This document shows positions 43,293-52,330 of a stretch of 64,000 bases of DNA, piece by piece. Both the position numbers and the translations under genes were made by a program. The DNA comes from an uncultured Kiloniellales bacterium (GTDB taxonomy: Bacteria > Actinomycetota > Acidimicrobiia > Spongiisociales > UBA5794). The notes beneath the pieces are model-generated. The model ran no database searches. It was not told the origin of the DNA and saw only the letters and a program-made list of their open reading frames with translations. The stretch lies in the NCBI GenBank assembly GCA_964196275.1, contig CAXMSN010000067.1, forward strand, positions 15,399-79,398. The letters are read 5' to 3'. How positions within the stretch are numbered: the stretch's first letter is position 1; each line of letters opens with the position of its first letter.

Positions 43293-44242
43293 CGCGCAAG
43301 CACAGGATCGTCAGCTGTCACGCCCTCGCTCAGAACCATCGCACTCAGCAGCACGAAGAGGATCCACAGTGCGTCCGCAACCATCAGATGGATGACTTGC
43401 ACTCCGAGCGGCGTGAGCAGGAAGACGTTTCCGATTCCAATGAACACCTGAGACAACACAACCAGCATCACCGCGGCGGCTACTCGCCTCGTTGCGGAAC
43501 TCTTGGACATCGCGAACTTGGTCGCAATCCATGCAACGAACATGCCCCCTGCCACGGCAACAATCGGATGGATGATCCGCAGCCGTAGGAGAGCCGGAGC
43601 GGTCGGACCGAATTCAGCTGAGATACCGCTCACCACAGAGTCGGCAGGGAACACGGCGTCAGCGATCGCGTTCAGCGCACCAGTGCTCCCAACGATGAGA
43701 AGCGTCACCACACCGAGGAGTAACCACTTGGCAGAATCCCGCGATCGGTGCATCGCTGGTTCAGGATTCCCAGAACCCCACCACGCCGTGAGCGCAAGGG
43801 ATGCAAGGAGGAAGAACGTGTTCGTCAGGTGAAGCGGAACGGCGATCATGCGGCCGACCGAGATGTCCGCGTCGACCCAGCTGAACAGGACGAGAGAAGC
43901 GCCGAGAAGCGCCTCGATGATGAGGAGCACGGCCGCGGCCGTAGCGGCTTTGCGGACGATGCTGCCCTTGGAGAACGCCCACAAGGCAAGGAAGAACAGG
44001 CCCGCGATGCCGACACCAGCGAGGAAAGAGGAAGCCCGATGAGAGAACTCGATCAGTGTCTCGACCGTGGCGTTCGGGGGGATGAACTGGTCGCCGCATT
44101 TCGGCCACGTCTCGCCGCAACCGGCGCCCGAGCCCGTGGCACGGACGATCGTTCCCCCGGCGATCACGGCGAGGTTGAACGCAAGCGTCGCCCAAGCAAC
44201 GATCGAGAACAGCCGTCGACGAACTGGTACTGCTACGGGCAT
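43289..44242 (-). CDS. ctaA: heme A synthase (COX15/CtaA)
   Basis: 317 aa. 'VRATGSGAGCGETWPKCGDQFIP', 'EFSHR' and multiple TMs with conserved His. 4-nt overlap with ctaB. Confidence 0.9.
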   Translation of the reverse strand: MPVAVPVRRRLFSIVAWATLAFNLAVIAGGTIVRATGSGAGCGETWPKCGDQFIPPNATVETLIEFSHRASSFLAGVGIAGLFFLALWAFSKGSIVRKAATAAAVLLIIEALLGASLVLFSWVDADISVGRMIAVPLHLTNTFFLLASLALTAWWGSGNPEPAMHRSRDSAKWLLLGVVTLLIVGSTGALNAIADAVFPADSVVSGISAEFGPTAPALLRLRIIHPIVAVAGGMFVAWIATKFAMSKSSATRRVAAAVMLVVLSQVFIGIGNVFLLTPLGVQVIHLMVADALWILFVLLSAMVLSEGVTADDPVLAR

Positions 44243-44423
44243 GTCGCAAGGCTACCGGAGGCGGTGGTCGATGATCCGCCAGCAACACCGAATCCACAGA
44301 CGTTCGACGAGGCTACGCTTCGATTCATGAAGTCGCTCATCGCCATCGCTGCACTCGCCGTCGTAGGCGCCGTCGTGTACAAGATCCTCACCACCGAAGT
44401 TCCCATCGACGAGTCCTGATCTG

Positions 44424-45182
44424 GTGCTGACGTCCAGACGCTTCGGCTCGGGAACGCCCCTTGTCGCCCTCCACGGATTCACCCACACCGGTGAGCAATA
44501 CCGAGCGCTCGCGGAGGCGACCGACCGAGAGATCCACGCGCCAGACCTCCCCGGCCACGGCTCCTCCGCGGACAAGTCCACGATGATCGACGACGTTCTC
44601 GCTTCCCTCTCCGAGACGATCGCTGCAGAAGGCGCCGATGCGCCGATTCTTGGCTACTCCCAGGGAGCACGATTGGCACTCCTCCTCGCCACGCAAACGT
44701 CCAGCGTCAAGGGTCGCCTGATCCTCGTGTCCGGGACCGCAGGTATCGAGGATGAGTCAGATCGCCGCGACCGAAGGGCATGGGATCGATCCACAGGAGA
44801 CGAGATCATCGAAATGGGGATCGAGCAGTTCATCGACGAGTGGACGTCGAACGGGATGACATCTACAGAGGGCCTCCCGGCAGCCCTCCGGAAGTCCGAT
44901 AGGGAAGAGCGGCTCGCCAACACCGCACACGGGCTCGCATCGGCGCTGACCGGCTACGGAACGGGGACGATGCCCAGCGTATGGCACGTTCTCAACACCA
45001 TCACCGTGCCGACCCTCATCCTCACCGGATCACGCGACACGACATATACCGCACACGGGGAGCGCCTGGCTTCGGGGATCGGGCCCAACGCGTCACACAG
45101 GATCATCGATGGTGCAGGGCACGATCTGCTTCTGTCGGGCCTGACAGCTACCGCGGCACACATCAGCGAGTTCCTCGCTTAG
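44424..45182 (+). CDS. alpha/beta-fold hydrolase (MenH-like)
   Basis: 252 aa with a GTG start. 'PLVALHGFTHTGEQY', nucleophile elbow 'GYSQGARLAL' and a C-terminal 'GAGHDLLL'. Confidence 0.75.
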   Translation: MLTSRRFGSGTPLVALHGFTHTGEQYRALAEATDREIHAPDLPGHGSSADKSTMIDDVLASLSETIAAEGADAPILGYSQGARLALLLATQTSSVKGRLILVSGTAGIEDESDRRDRRAWDRSTGDEIIEMGIEQFIDEWTSNGMTSTEGLPAALRKSDREERLANTAHGLASALTGYGTGTMPSVWHVLNTITVPTLILTGSRDTTYTAHGERLASGIGPNASHRIIDGAGHDLLLSGLTATAAHISEFLA

Positions 45183-45192
45183 TGCCGCGTAC

Positions 45193-46053
45193 TCAATCGG
45201 TCTCTATCGGGACCGCGGAACCCGACGTCCAGTCGTAGAACCCGATTCCGGTCTTCTTGCCGAGCTTTCCTTCCGCCACCATCGAGCGCAGAAGGTCCGG
45301 CGGCTCGAAGCGCTCGCCGTAGACGGAGGCGAGGTGTGTGGCGATACCAAGCCGAACATCGTGGCCGACGAGGTCGCCGAGCATCAACGGCCCCATGGGA
45401 TGGCCGTATCCCAGAGACATCGCCCGATCGATGTCCGCAGGTGACGCAACGCCCTGCTCCACCATCCGAACAGCTTCGATTCCGGCGAGAACGCCGAGTC
45501 TGCTCGTCGCAAACCCCGGCGCGTCGTTGATGAGCGCCTGTTCCATTCCAAGAAATTCGACCATCGATGAGATGGCAGACAGCGTTCCCTCATCGGTACG
45601 CGATCCCTTGATCACCTCAACGAGGTTCATGGCCCACACGGGGTTGAAGAAGTGCATGCCTGCGAACCGCTCCGGACGCTCAAGTTCCGCAGCAAGCTCA
45701 TCGATCGAAATGCTCGACGTGTTCGATGCAAGAACGACCGGCTGTCTCGCTTCCGCAGCACCGAGCAGGGAACGCTTGAGCTTCACACTCTCGATCACCG
45801 CCTCGATGATCGCATCGAGCCCCACGGGAAGATCGTCGATCGATGCGACGGCCTCAAGCCGTGCCTTCGCCCTTTCCGGATCATCAAGCTTGCCGCGCTG
45901 AGCAGCAACATCGAGGGTGGCCCTGACACGGTCAACGGCTGCAATCGCCGTCGCAAGATCGATGTCAACGATCACAACGTCGGATCCGTTCGCTGCGAAC
46001 CGATGCGCGATGCCGATGCCCATCGTCCCGCCACCTACCACTGCGATCCGCAT
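45193..46053 (-). CDS. 3-hydroxyacyl/3-hydroxybutyryl-CoA dehydrogenase
   Basis: I trimmed to ATG-46053 (AAGGAGAG SD): 'MRIAVVGGGTMGIGIAHRFAANGSDVVIVD'. Also 'SNTSSISI' and 'HFFNPV'. Confidence 0.9.
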   Translation of the reverse strand: MRIAVVGGGTMGIGIAHRFAANGSDVVIVDIDLATAIAAVDRVRATLDVAAQRGKLDDPERAKARLEAVASIDDLPVGLDAIIEAVIESVKLKRSLLGAAEARQPVVLASNTSSISIDELAAELERPERFAGMHFFNPVWAMNLVEVIKGSRTDEGTLSAISSMVEFLGMEQALINDAPGFATSRLGVLAGIEAVRMVEQGVASPADIDRAMSLGYGHPMGPLMLGDLVGHDVRLGIATHLASVYGERFEPPDLLRSMVAEGKLGKKTGIGFYDWTSGSAVPIETD

Positions 46054-46135
46054 CTCTCTCCTTGTCGCTTCCACCAGAGTAGATGGCGTCGGCGGACCGC
46101 ACGCAATGGCCGGCTCATCGACTACTTTCCTTGTA

Positions 46136-47194
46136 ATGGAAAGCCCTCGACTCACCGCATACAGCCACGGCGCCGGTTGAGCATGCAAGCTCGGTCCTGA
46201 CGAGTTGGCGCAGGTTCTGCGCCCCATGCACAACACAGCTGCGACGACGCACCCGGACCTGATCGTGGGTATCGCCGGCTCAGATGACGCCGGGGTCTAT
46301 CGCATTGATGACGATCGAGCGATGGTCCAGACTGTCGACTTCTTCACACCGATCGTCGATGACGCATACGACTGGGGAAGGATCGCAGCGGCGAACGCGC
46401 TGAGCGACGTTTATGCAATGGGTGGAGATCCCATCACGGCCCTCCAGCTTGTCGGGTGGCCAAGGGATGACCTTCCCTTCGACCTTCTCTCGCGGGTGAT
46501 CGAAGGTGGTGTTTCGGTGATGGTCGAAGCCGGATGCACGGTGATCGGCGGCCATTCCATCGACGACCGGGAACCGAAGTACGGATTCGCCGTGACCGGC
46601 TACGTTCCGACCGACGAGATCATGACGAACGCGGCAGGCGAACCAGGACAGGTTCTCATCCTCACGAAGCCGATCGGAACCGGAATCATCGCGACGGCGA
46701 TCAAGAACCAGAAAGCGAGCAGCGAGATCACAGCGACAGCGGTCGACATCATGGCGACGCTCAACCGGGATGCCGCTGACGCAGCGAGGCGCGTCGGTGT
46801 CAAGACCGCGACCGATGTCACCGGGTTCGGGTTGCTCGGCCATCTCTCGGAGATCGTTCGAGCGTCGGGAGTCAGCGCGGAGATCGAGTTCGACGCGGTG
46901 CCGCTCATCGACGACGTGACACAGATGGTCGAGGACGGCATGATCCCCGGAGGTACCAGGCGGAACCTGAAGTCAGTCCGGTCGATGTGCGACTTCGGTG
47001 AGCTTGACAAGAACGCACAGCTGCTCCTTGCCGATGCGCAGACAAGCGGGGGGCTCCTGTTGAGCGTTGACGCCCCGTTGGAGCAGGCCCTCCATGTGGC
47101 GCTCGCTGACAACGGGGTTTCCTCATGGACGATCGGCAGCCTCACTGAGCGTCCCTTCGAACACGGACCGTCAGGCAGGATCACCGTCCGCTGA
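46136..47194 (+). CDS. selD: selenide, water dikinase (selenophosphate synthetase) SelD with in-frame UGA (Sec-15) at 46178..46180
   Basis: ATG-46136 gives 'MESPRLTAYSHGAG-U-ACKLGPDELAQVLRPM..', against E. coli SelD '[21 protein letters not shown]'. The rest matches SelD: 'DDAGVYRI', 'TVDFFTPIVDD..DWGRIAAANALSDVYAMGG', 'TDVTGFGLLGHL' and 'AQTSGGLL'. The ORF track splits it into 45917..46180 and 46205..47194. Confidence 0.9.
46185..46209 (+). promoter_or_regulatory. candidate SECIS hairpin of selD
   Basis: It starts 4 nt after the UGA: GCAAGCUCG-GUCCUGA-CGAGUUGGC. The stem has 8 pairs (one G.U) plus one A.G mismatch, with a 7-nt loop at +14..+20. Confidence 0.5.
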
Positions 47195-47304
47195 AGGACC
47201 GCTTGATAGATGGATTGCATCGGATAGGCTGAAAGTGCTGGGTCGCTTGTCGACCCTCTGCGGACCCCCTCGTCCCCCCTGGGGGGTCCGCAAATCAAGC
47301 AGTG

Positions 47305-47325
47305 AGCCCCCGCTAGCCGGGGGCT
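47305..47325 (+). terminator. hairpin downstream of selD (second of two)
   Basis: 'agcccccg-ctagc-cgggggct' has an 8-bp stem and is followed by ttactgcattctg. It is preceded by a G/C hairpin at 47260..47291 (gcggaccccc..gggggtccgc). Confidence 0.5.
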
Positions 47326-47421
47326 TACTGCATTCTGACGTAGTACGTATTACTGCCCTCACTGCCTGCCGAAGTGACCCCAACTCACGACCGATTGGCT
47401 GAGCGATAGGCTGCTGTTGCG

Positions 47422-48837
47422 ATGAAGATACGAATACCTCGCCCGCGCCAGTTCGGCTCATCCCTGCGGGATCTCGCTCGCCAACGGCCAGAGGAGGCCG
47501 AGGAGTACCTCGATGCTCACCACGACGCGTGGGAAGAGCTGGCGGAGCACGACCCTCACGACGCAGCAGACATCCTCGAGGCGCTCGATGAAGAGGGAGC
47601 GGTTGACCTTCTCCAGGACCTGCCACCTGACCATGCGGGTGAGGTTCTCGATGAGATGCACCCAGAAGCTGCAGCGGATCTGCTTGAGGAACTCGAAGCG
47701 ATCGAAGCCGCTGCGATGCTCGAGACCATGGAGTCGGACCAAGCGGCTGATGTCGTCGGAGCGCTTGAGCCGATCGATCGCACGGCCGTACTCGCTGCCC
47801 TCGGCCCCGAGGCCGCCGCTGAGATAGAGGCGCTACTCCTCCACGCCGCCGACTCCGCTGGTGGCATGATGACCACTGACGTCGCTGCCCTTCCCGTCGA
47901 CATGACGGCGGGGATGGCGATCGAAACGCTTCGAACCCTGCACGGCGAACTCGGATCCAACCTTCTCTACGTGTACGCCGTCGACTCGGACAACCGCCTT
48001 GTCGGGGTCGTCTCCTTCAGGGATCTGGTGTTCGCACACCCGGAGACAACGATTCGAGACGTCATCGAGCCAACGCTTGTCAGCGTGAGGCCAGACACCG
48101 ACCGTGAGCAGGTCGCTGAACTCATCCACCGGTACAGGCTCATCGCCATACCGGTGGTGGAAGCTGACGGCACCCTCGTGGGCATGGTCAAGTTCTCTGA
48201 GGCGATCGAGGCCATCCAGGCCGAGGTCGGTGAGGACATGGCCGTCATGGTCGGTGCGGGTGAAGAGGAGACAGTGTTCACGCCGGTGAGCCTGTCGGTG
48301 CGGAGACGGCTTCCGTGGATCATCTTCAATCTTGTGGTTGGCGTCTTCATCGCTGGCATCATCGCCCAATTCGAATCGACGCTCGCGACGTATGCCATTC
48401 TTGCTGCCTACATGCCGATCGTTGCTCTCCTGGCTGGCAACTCCGGCGCTCAGAGCCTCGCTGTCATCATCCGCTCGATGGCCGTCGGCGACTTGCCGCA
48501 GGGAAGGGCACCGAGAGCCATTCGTCGGGAGGTGGCCGTGGGTCTCATCGACGGAACGATCATCGCCACGCTGTCGGCACTCTTGGCGGCCCTCACCGTC
48601 GGCTTCTTCACGGGCGACTCCGTGGCGGCCATCGCCCCTGCCGAGATCGCCATCATCATCTTCATTTCGGTCTGGGTTGCGTTCCTCGTGGCGGGTCTCG
48701 TCGGTGCTGGAATCCCCGTCCTCTTCAGCAGTCTCGGACAGGATCCGGCGCTTGCGTCGAATATCTTCCTCACGCTGATCACTGACATCGTTGGGTTTGC
48801 GGGCTTCCTACTAACCGCCGCTCTCCTGCTGAGCTGA
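47422..48837 (+). CDS. mgtE: magnesium transporter MgtE
   Basis: 471 aa. It has an acidic N-domain, a CBS pair ('..LLYVYAVDSDNRLVGVVSFRDL..', '..RYRLIAIPVVEADGTLVGMV..') and a C-terminal 5-TM domain ('GNSGAQS', 'TDIVGF'). Confidence 0.92.
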   Translation: MKIRIPRPRQFGSSLRDLARQRPEEAEEYLDAHHDAWEELAEHDPHDAADILEALDEEGAVDLLQDLPPDHAGEVLDEMHPEAAADLLEELEAIEAAAMLETMESDQAADVVGALEPIDRTAVLAALGPEAAAEIEALLLHAADSAGGMMTTDVAALPVDMTAGMAIETLRTLHGELGSNLLYVYAVDSDNRLVGVVSFRDLVFAHPETTIRDVIEPTLVSVRPDTDREQVAELIHRYRLIAIPVVEADGTLVGMVKFSEAIEAIQAEVGEDMAVMVGAGEEETVFTPVSLSVRRRLPWIIFNLVVGVFIAGIIAQFESTLATYAILAAYMPIVALLAGNSGAQSLAVIIRSMAVGDLPQGRAPRAIRREVAVGLIDGTIIATLSALLAALTVGFFTGDSVAAIAPAEIAIIIFISVWVAFLVAGLVGAGIPVLFSSLGQDPALASNIFLTLITDIVGFAGFLLTAALLLS

Positions 48838-48847
48838 CAACTCCGCG

Positions 48848-49354
48848 TCAGGACCCCAACACCGTCGCACCTGCAGGCGCGAACGGCCCCAGGAATGTGA
48901 TCGTGAACCCATCATCGAGTCTCGCAAAGTAGTGGTCCTCGATGGACGCGATCTGCTCCTCTGTGGCATCGGGGTTTCCAACGATGTTCGCAGCGGCCGG
49001 GTCGTCGATGACATGCACCGTAGAGATCGGAGGGAACCGCCGGACAACGTCAGCGATGACGTCCTCAAGGTCGATGTCGGTCAACGTCTCGTAGCTCGAT
49101 ACATCAAGCAGGACAACAACGGTGTCGCCTGTGCCGTCGCCGACCGAGCGCTGAACGATCTGGTACTCGGGGGACGACAGTTGCTCAACGGGAGCCATCG
49201 TGGTCGAGGTGCTTGACGTCGGCGGTGTCGTCGGCGGGGGAAGGGTCAGGAGGGGGGACTCGGTGGTGGTTGTCGTGTTCTCCGTCGAACTCTGACATGC
49301 GGCCGCAACGACGGCAACGGCAGCCACCACCACGATGAGTCTCAACCTTGGCAT
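48848..49354 (-). CDS. lipoprotein, hypothetical
   Basis: Start ATG-49354: 'MPRLRLIVVVAAVAVVAAAC' (lipobox), followed by a Thr/Pro-rich linker. Confidence 0.65.
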   Translation of the reverse strand: MPRLRLIVVVAAVAVVAAACQSSTENTTTTTESPLLTLPPPTTPPTSSTSTTMAPVEQLSSPEYQIVQRSVGDGTGDTVVVLLDVSSYETLTDIDLEDVIADVVRRFPPISTVHVIDDPAAANIVGNPDATEEQIASIEDHYFARLDDGFTITFLGPFAPAGATVLGS

Positions 49355-49377
49355 ATGGTCAATGCTACTTCGGATGC

Positions 49378-49797
49378 TCAGATGCGTTTCGACTCTTCCA
49401 GCCATGCCTCATATGAGATCCCATCAAGCCAGACCTCGCCGTTGACGATCCTGAACAACTCGACGACTGATTCGAATGTCTCCTCGTCCGGCTGCTGCTC
49501 AAGGAGGTACTGACTCAGGTCGAGTACCGGTCTCCACGCACGTGGTCCCATGGCGATATCAACGCGGGTTCTCCAGTCCAGGCTGGCGTCGCCAACTCTC
49601 GCATCGTTCGCCCAGAACGCGCCAAGTTTCTGTGCCGTCCGTACGAGGCGTCTGAGCAGTTTCGCCGACTGCTTGTCCAGGTCCGCTGTGGCGGTGACAC
49701 CATCGAACCAATCGGCGATCGACTGCTCGGTCACGTCCTCCGGCGACATGACGGCGGTTTCGAACAAGGCCTCGACATCAGCGAGCACGCCGCTCAC
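49378..49797 (-). CDS. hypothetical protein
   Basis: 139-aa ORF with balanced composition and a 4-nt overlap with the upstream aminotransferase gene. I recognise no family. Confidence 0.6.
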   Translation of the reverse strand: MSGVLADVEALFETAVMSPEDVTEQSIADWFDGVTATADLDKQSAKLLRRLVRTAQKLGAFWANDARVGDASLDWRTRVDIAMGPRAWRPVLDLSQYLLEQQPDEETFESVVELFRIVNGEVWLDGISYEAWLEESKRI

Positions 49798-50627
49798 GTC
49801 GTTTCTCTCTCCACAAGGTCACGGAATCCACCGAAAAGAGCAGCGGTCACGGGACCCGAAGGGAACTCGGCATCGCCGACACGAGCCACCGGGGCGACCT
49901 CGCGGACGGTCGATAGAGAGAACGCCTCATCGGCATCGAGAAGCTCCTCGATGTTGAACGACCCAACCGTTACCTGCAGGCCGAGTCCGTTCGCTACCTC
50001 CAGAACGGCGTTGCGGGTAACCGATGCGAGGATGTGACGGTCCAGGCTCGGTGTGAACACAGCGCGGTCCTTCACCCAACCCAGAGAGAATGTGGGCCCC
50101 TCGAGCACGATCCCACCTTCGCCGACAAGAGCGGCATCGTCGAAACCCCGCGATCTCGCGGTCATGGTCGCAGCAAGGTTCGGACCGTACGAGAGTGTCT
50201 TGGCCCCGGCGAGTTCACTCGTTCGGCCGTCAGAATGCCAAGGGGCCTCGATGATGTCGAGGGCGTATGCGTCAGGGATGTCAGGGACCTCTTCAAGGAA
50301 GACCACGATCGAGTTGTCAGTTCCCGGGTGCTTCGCATCCAGCCCACCCGTCACATAGACCCGTAGGACGCCTTCACCGGCAGCCGCAACCGCCAGACAC
50401 CAGTCCCTGAGGGTGTCTATGGATCCGAGATCGATCCTCAACACCTCAGCACCTCTGGCAAGCCTGGCGAGATGCTCATCGATCCTGAACGGCACCCCGC
50501 TGTATGACCGCATCGCCTCGAAACAGCCGTAGCCGCGCTGGAAACCGATATCAAAGACCGAGATCGAGGCAACCTCCGGATCGAACGGAAGCCCGTTGAT
50601 CAGAACTGGGCCGATCGCTCTGCTCAC
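49794..50627 (-). CDS. class IV aminotransferase (branched-chain aminotransferase / aminodeoxychorismate-lyase family)
   Basis: 277 aa. 'FDIGFQRGYGCFEAMR', 'HLARL' and 'GAKTLSYGPNLAA'. Confidence 0.82.
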   Translation of the reverse strand: MSRAIGPVLINGLPFDPEVASISVFDIGFQRGYGCFEAMRSYSGVPFRIDEHLARLARGAEVLRIDLGSIDTLRDWCLAVAAAGEGVLRVYVTGGLDAKHPGTDNSIVVFLEEVPDIPDAYALDIIEAPWHSDGRTSELAGAKTLSYGPNLAATMTARSRGFDDAALVGEGGIVLEGPTFSLGWVKDRAVFTPSLDRHILASVTRNAVLEVANGLGLQVTVGSFNIEELLDADEAFSLSTVREVAPVARVGDAEFPSGPVTAALFGGFRDLVERETT

Positions 50628-52330
50628 GGAACGAACCAGTTGGTGATCGGCAAGCGTCTGTCCCTGCCGAATGCTTTGCGGCTGATCCTCACGCCCGGAG
50701 CGGCCTGGCGTCTCTTGTATTCGTTTCGATCAACCATGCTGGCGATCCTGCGTACAAGGATTTCGTCTTCACCCGAAGCAATTATCTGGGACGACGTCAT
50801 GTCCTCCTCGATGTACATCCTGAGGATCGCATCGAGTACGGGGTAGGGGGGCAGCGAGTCCGAGTCGAATTGGTCAGGGCGGAGCTCCGCCGACGGCTCC
50901 TTGTCGATGATCGCAACGGGGATGACCTCCGCCGTGCTGTTCCTCCAACGGGCGAGCTCGTACACGGTCGTCTTGTATACATCCTTGAGGACGGAGTAGC
51001 CGCCAGCCATGTCTCCATAGAGGGTCGCATAGCCGACCGCCATCTCCGACTTGTTGCCCGTTGCTACGACCATCCCTCCGAACTTGTTCGAGACCGCCAT
51101 CAGGATCGTGCCTCGGATGCGCGCTTGGAGGTTCTCCTCTGCGACGTTCTCGGGAGCGTCCGCGAACACGGGTGAGAGAGCATCCTGGAAGCCTGTGAAC
51201 ATCTCCTCGATGGGGATCGTGTCGACACGTATGCCGAGACGCTCGGCGAGGTCGATTGAGTCCTCCACGCTCCCCGCCGACGAGTACCTCGTCGGCATCG
51301 TGATCCCATGGACCGCATCGGGACCCAATGCGTCCACGGCTATCGCCGCGGTCAGCGCCGAGTCGATGCCGCCCGAAAGGCCGATCACGACCTCGGAGAA
51401 GCCGTTCTTCCTCACGTAATCCCTCAGCCCCGTCGTGATCGCTCGGTAGGTCTCCTCGAGCTCGCCGAGTTCGGCAGCGACCGAAGGCGACATCGGAACG
51501 CGATCCTTGTCCGCGGGCGAGGTCACATCGATCACAGGAAGTGTTGGATCCTCCTTCTCCGCCACCACGATGTCAACGGAGAAGCGATCCTCAACGAACG
51601 CCGGAGAGCGATGAACGAGCTCGCCGCTTGGCCCGATGACCATGGAGGACCCATCGAAGACGAGTTCGTCCTGACCGCCGACACAGTTGACGTACATAAC
51701 GAAGGCAGCGCCATCGACGGCCCTCTCCGTCAGCATCTCGAGGCGCTCAGCGCTCTTGCCGACGTTATAGGGCGAGCCGTTGATGTTGAGCAGCACACTG
51801 GCGCCACCCTCCGCCTGAACGGATGGTCGTCCCTGCGCCTCCCAGATGTCCTCGCAGATCGACACGCCGCACAGAACCCCTCCAATGCGATGCAGCTGAG
51901 GGGGCGTACGGCCCTCGGCAAAATACCTCGCCTCGTCGAACACCCCGTAGTTCGGAAGCAGCGTCTTGTGATAGATGGAGATGATCTCGCCGTTCGCAAT
52001 AACCGCCGCCGCGTTCGCAACCTCGCGAGGCACCGAGTCATCGTCGAAACGCTGCTCGGGGAGCCTGTCGACGAACCCGACCACGACCGCTGTTGTGCCA
52101 GAACGGGCAGCGATCGTGTCCAACGCAGAGAGGTTCTGGTCGACGAACCCATCACGCAGAACGAGGTCCTCAGGGGGATAACCGCAGATCGCGAGCTCCG
52201 GGAGCATGAGCAGGTCCGCATCCACAGACTCGGCCCACGCCATCGCATCGAGGATCTGAGCAGTGTTCCCTTTCATGTCGCCTACAACGAGATCGAGCTG
52301 CGCACCCGCAACCCTGAGGGTTCGGCTCAC
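50624..52330 (-). CDS. nadE: glutamine-dependent NAD+ synthetase
   Basis: 568 aa. N-terminal CN-hydrolase domain ('RVAGAQLDLVVGD', 'LPELAICGYPPED', 'GVSICEDIW') and C-terminal NAD synthetase domain ('VIGLSGGIDSAL'). Confidence 0.93.
   Translation of the reverse strand: MSRTLRVAGAQLDLVVGDMKGNTAQILDAMAWAESVDADLLMLPELAICGYPPEDLVLRDGFVDQNLSALDTIAARSGTTAVVVGFVDRLPEQRFDDDSVPREVANAAAVIANGEIISIYHKTLLPNYGVFDEARYFAEGRTPPQLHRIGGVLCGVSICEDIWEAQGRPSVQAEGGASVLLNINGSPYNVGKSAERLEMLTERAVDGAAFVMYVNCVGGQDELVFDGSSMVIGPSGELVHRSPAFVEDRFSVDIVVAEKEDPTLPVIDVTSPADKDRVPMSPSVAAELGELEETYRAITTGLRDYVRKNGFSEVVIGLSGGIDSALTAAIAVDALGPDAVHGITMPTRYSSAGSVEDSIDLAERLGIRVDTIPIEEMFTGFQDALSPVFADAPENVAEENLQARIRGTILMAVSNKFGGMVVATGNKSEMAVGYATLYGDMAGGYSVLKDVYKTTVYELARWRNSTAEVIPVAIIDKEPSAELRPDQFDSDSLPPYPVLDAILRMYIEEDMTSSQIIASGEDEILVRRIASMVDRNEYKRRQAAPGVRISRKAFGRDRRLPITNWFVP

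Noticed and set aside
44327-44419. 30-aa ORF 'MKSLIAIAALAVVGAVVYKILTTEVPIDES' between ctaA and the hydrolase gene
   Set aside because: It could plausibly be a small membrane peptide. It has no clear SD, and support comes only from hydrophobicity. It is too short to call from sequence alone.
47331-47421. Mg2+ (M-box) riboswitch upstream of mgtE
   Set aside because: The leader is only ~90 nt after the selD terminators, and I cannot see the conserved M-box helices. This cannot be decided without a covariance-model search.
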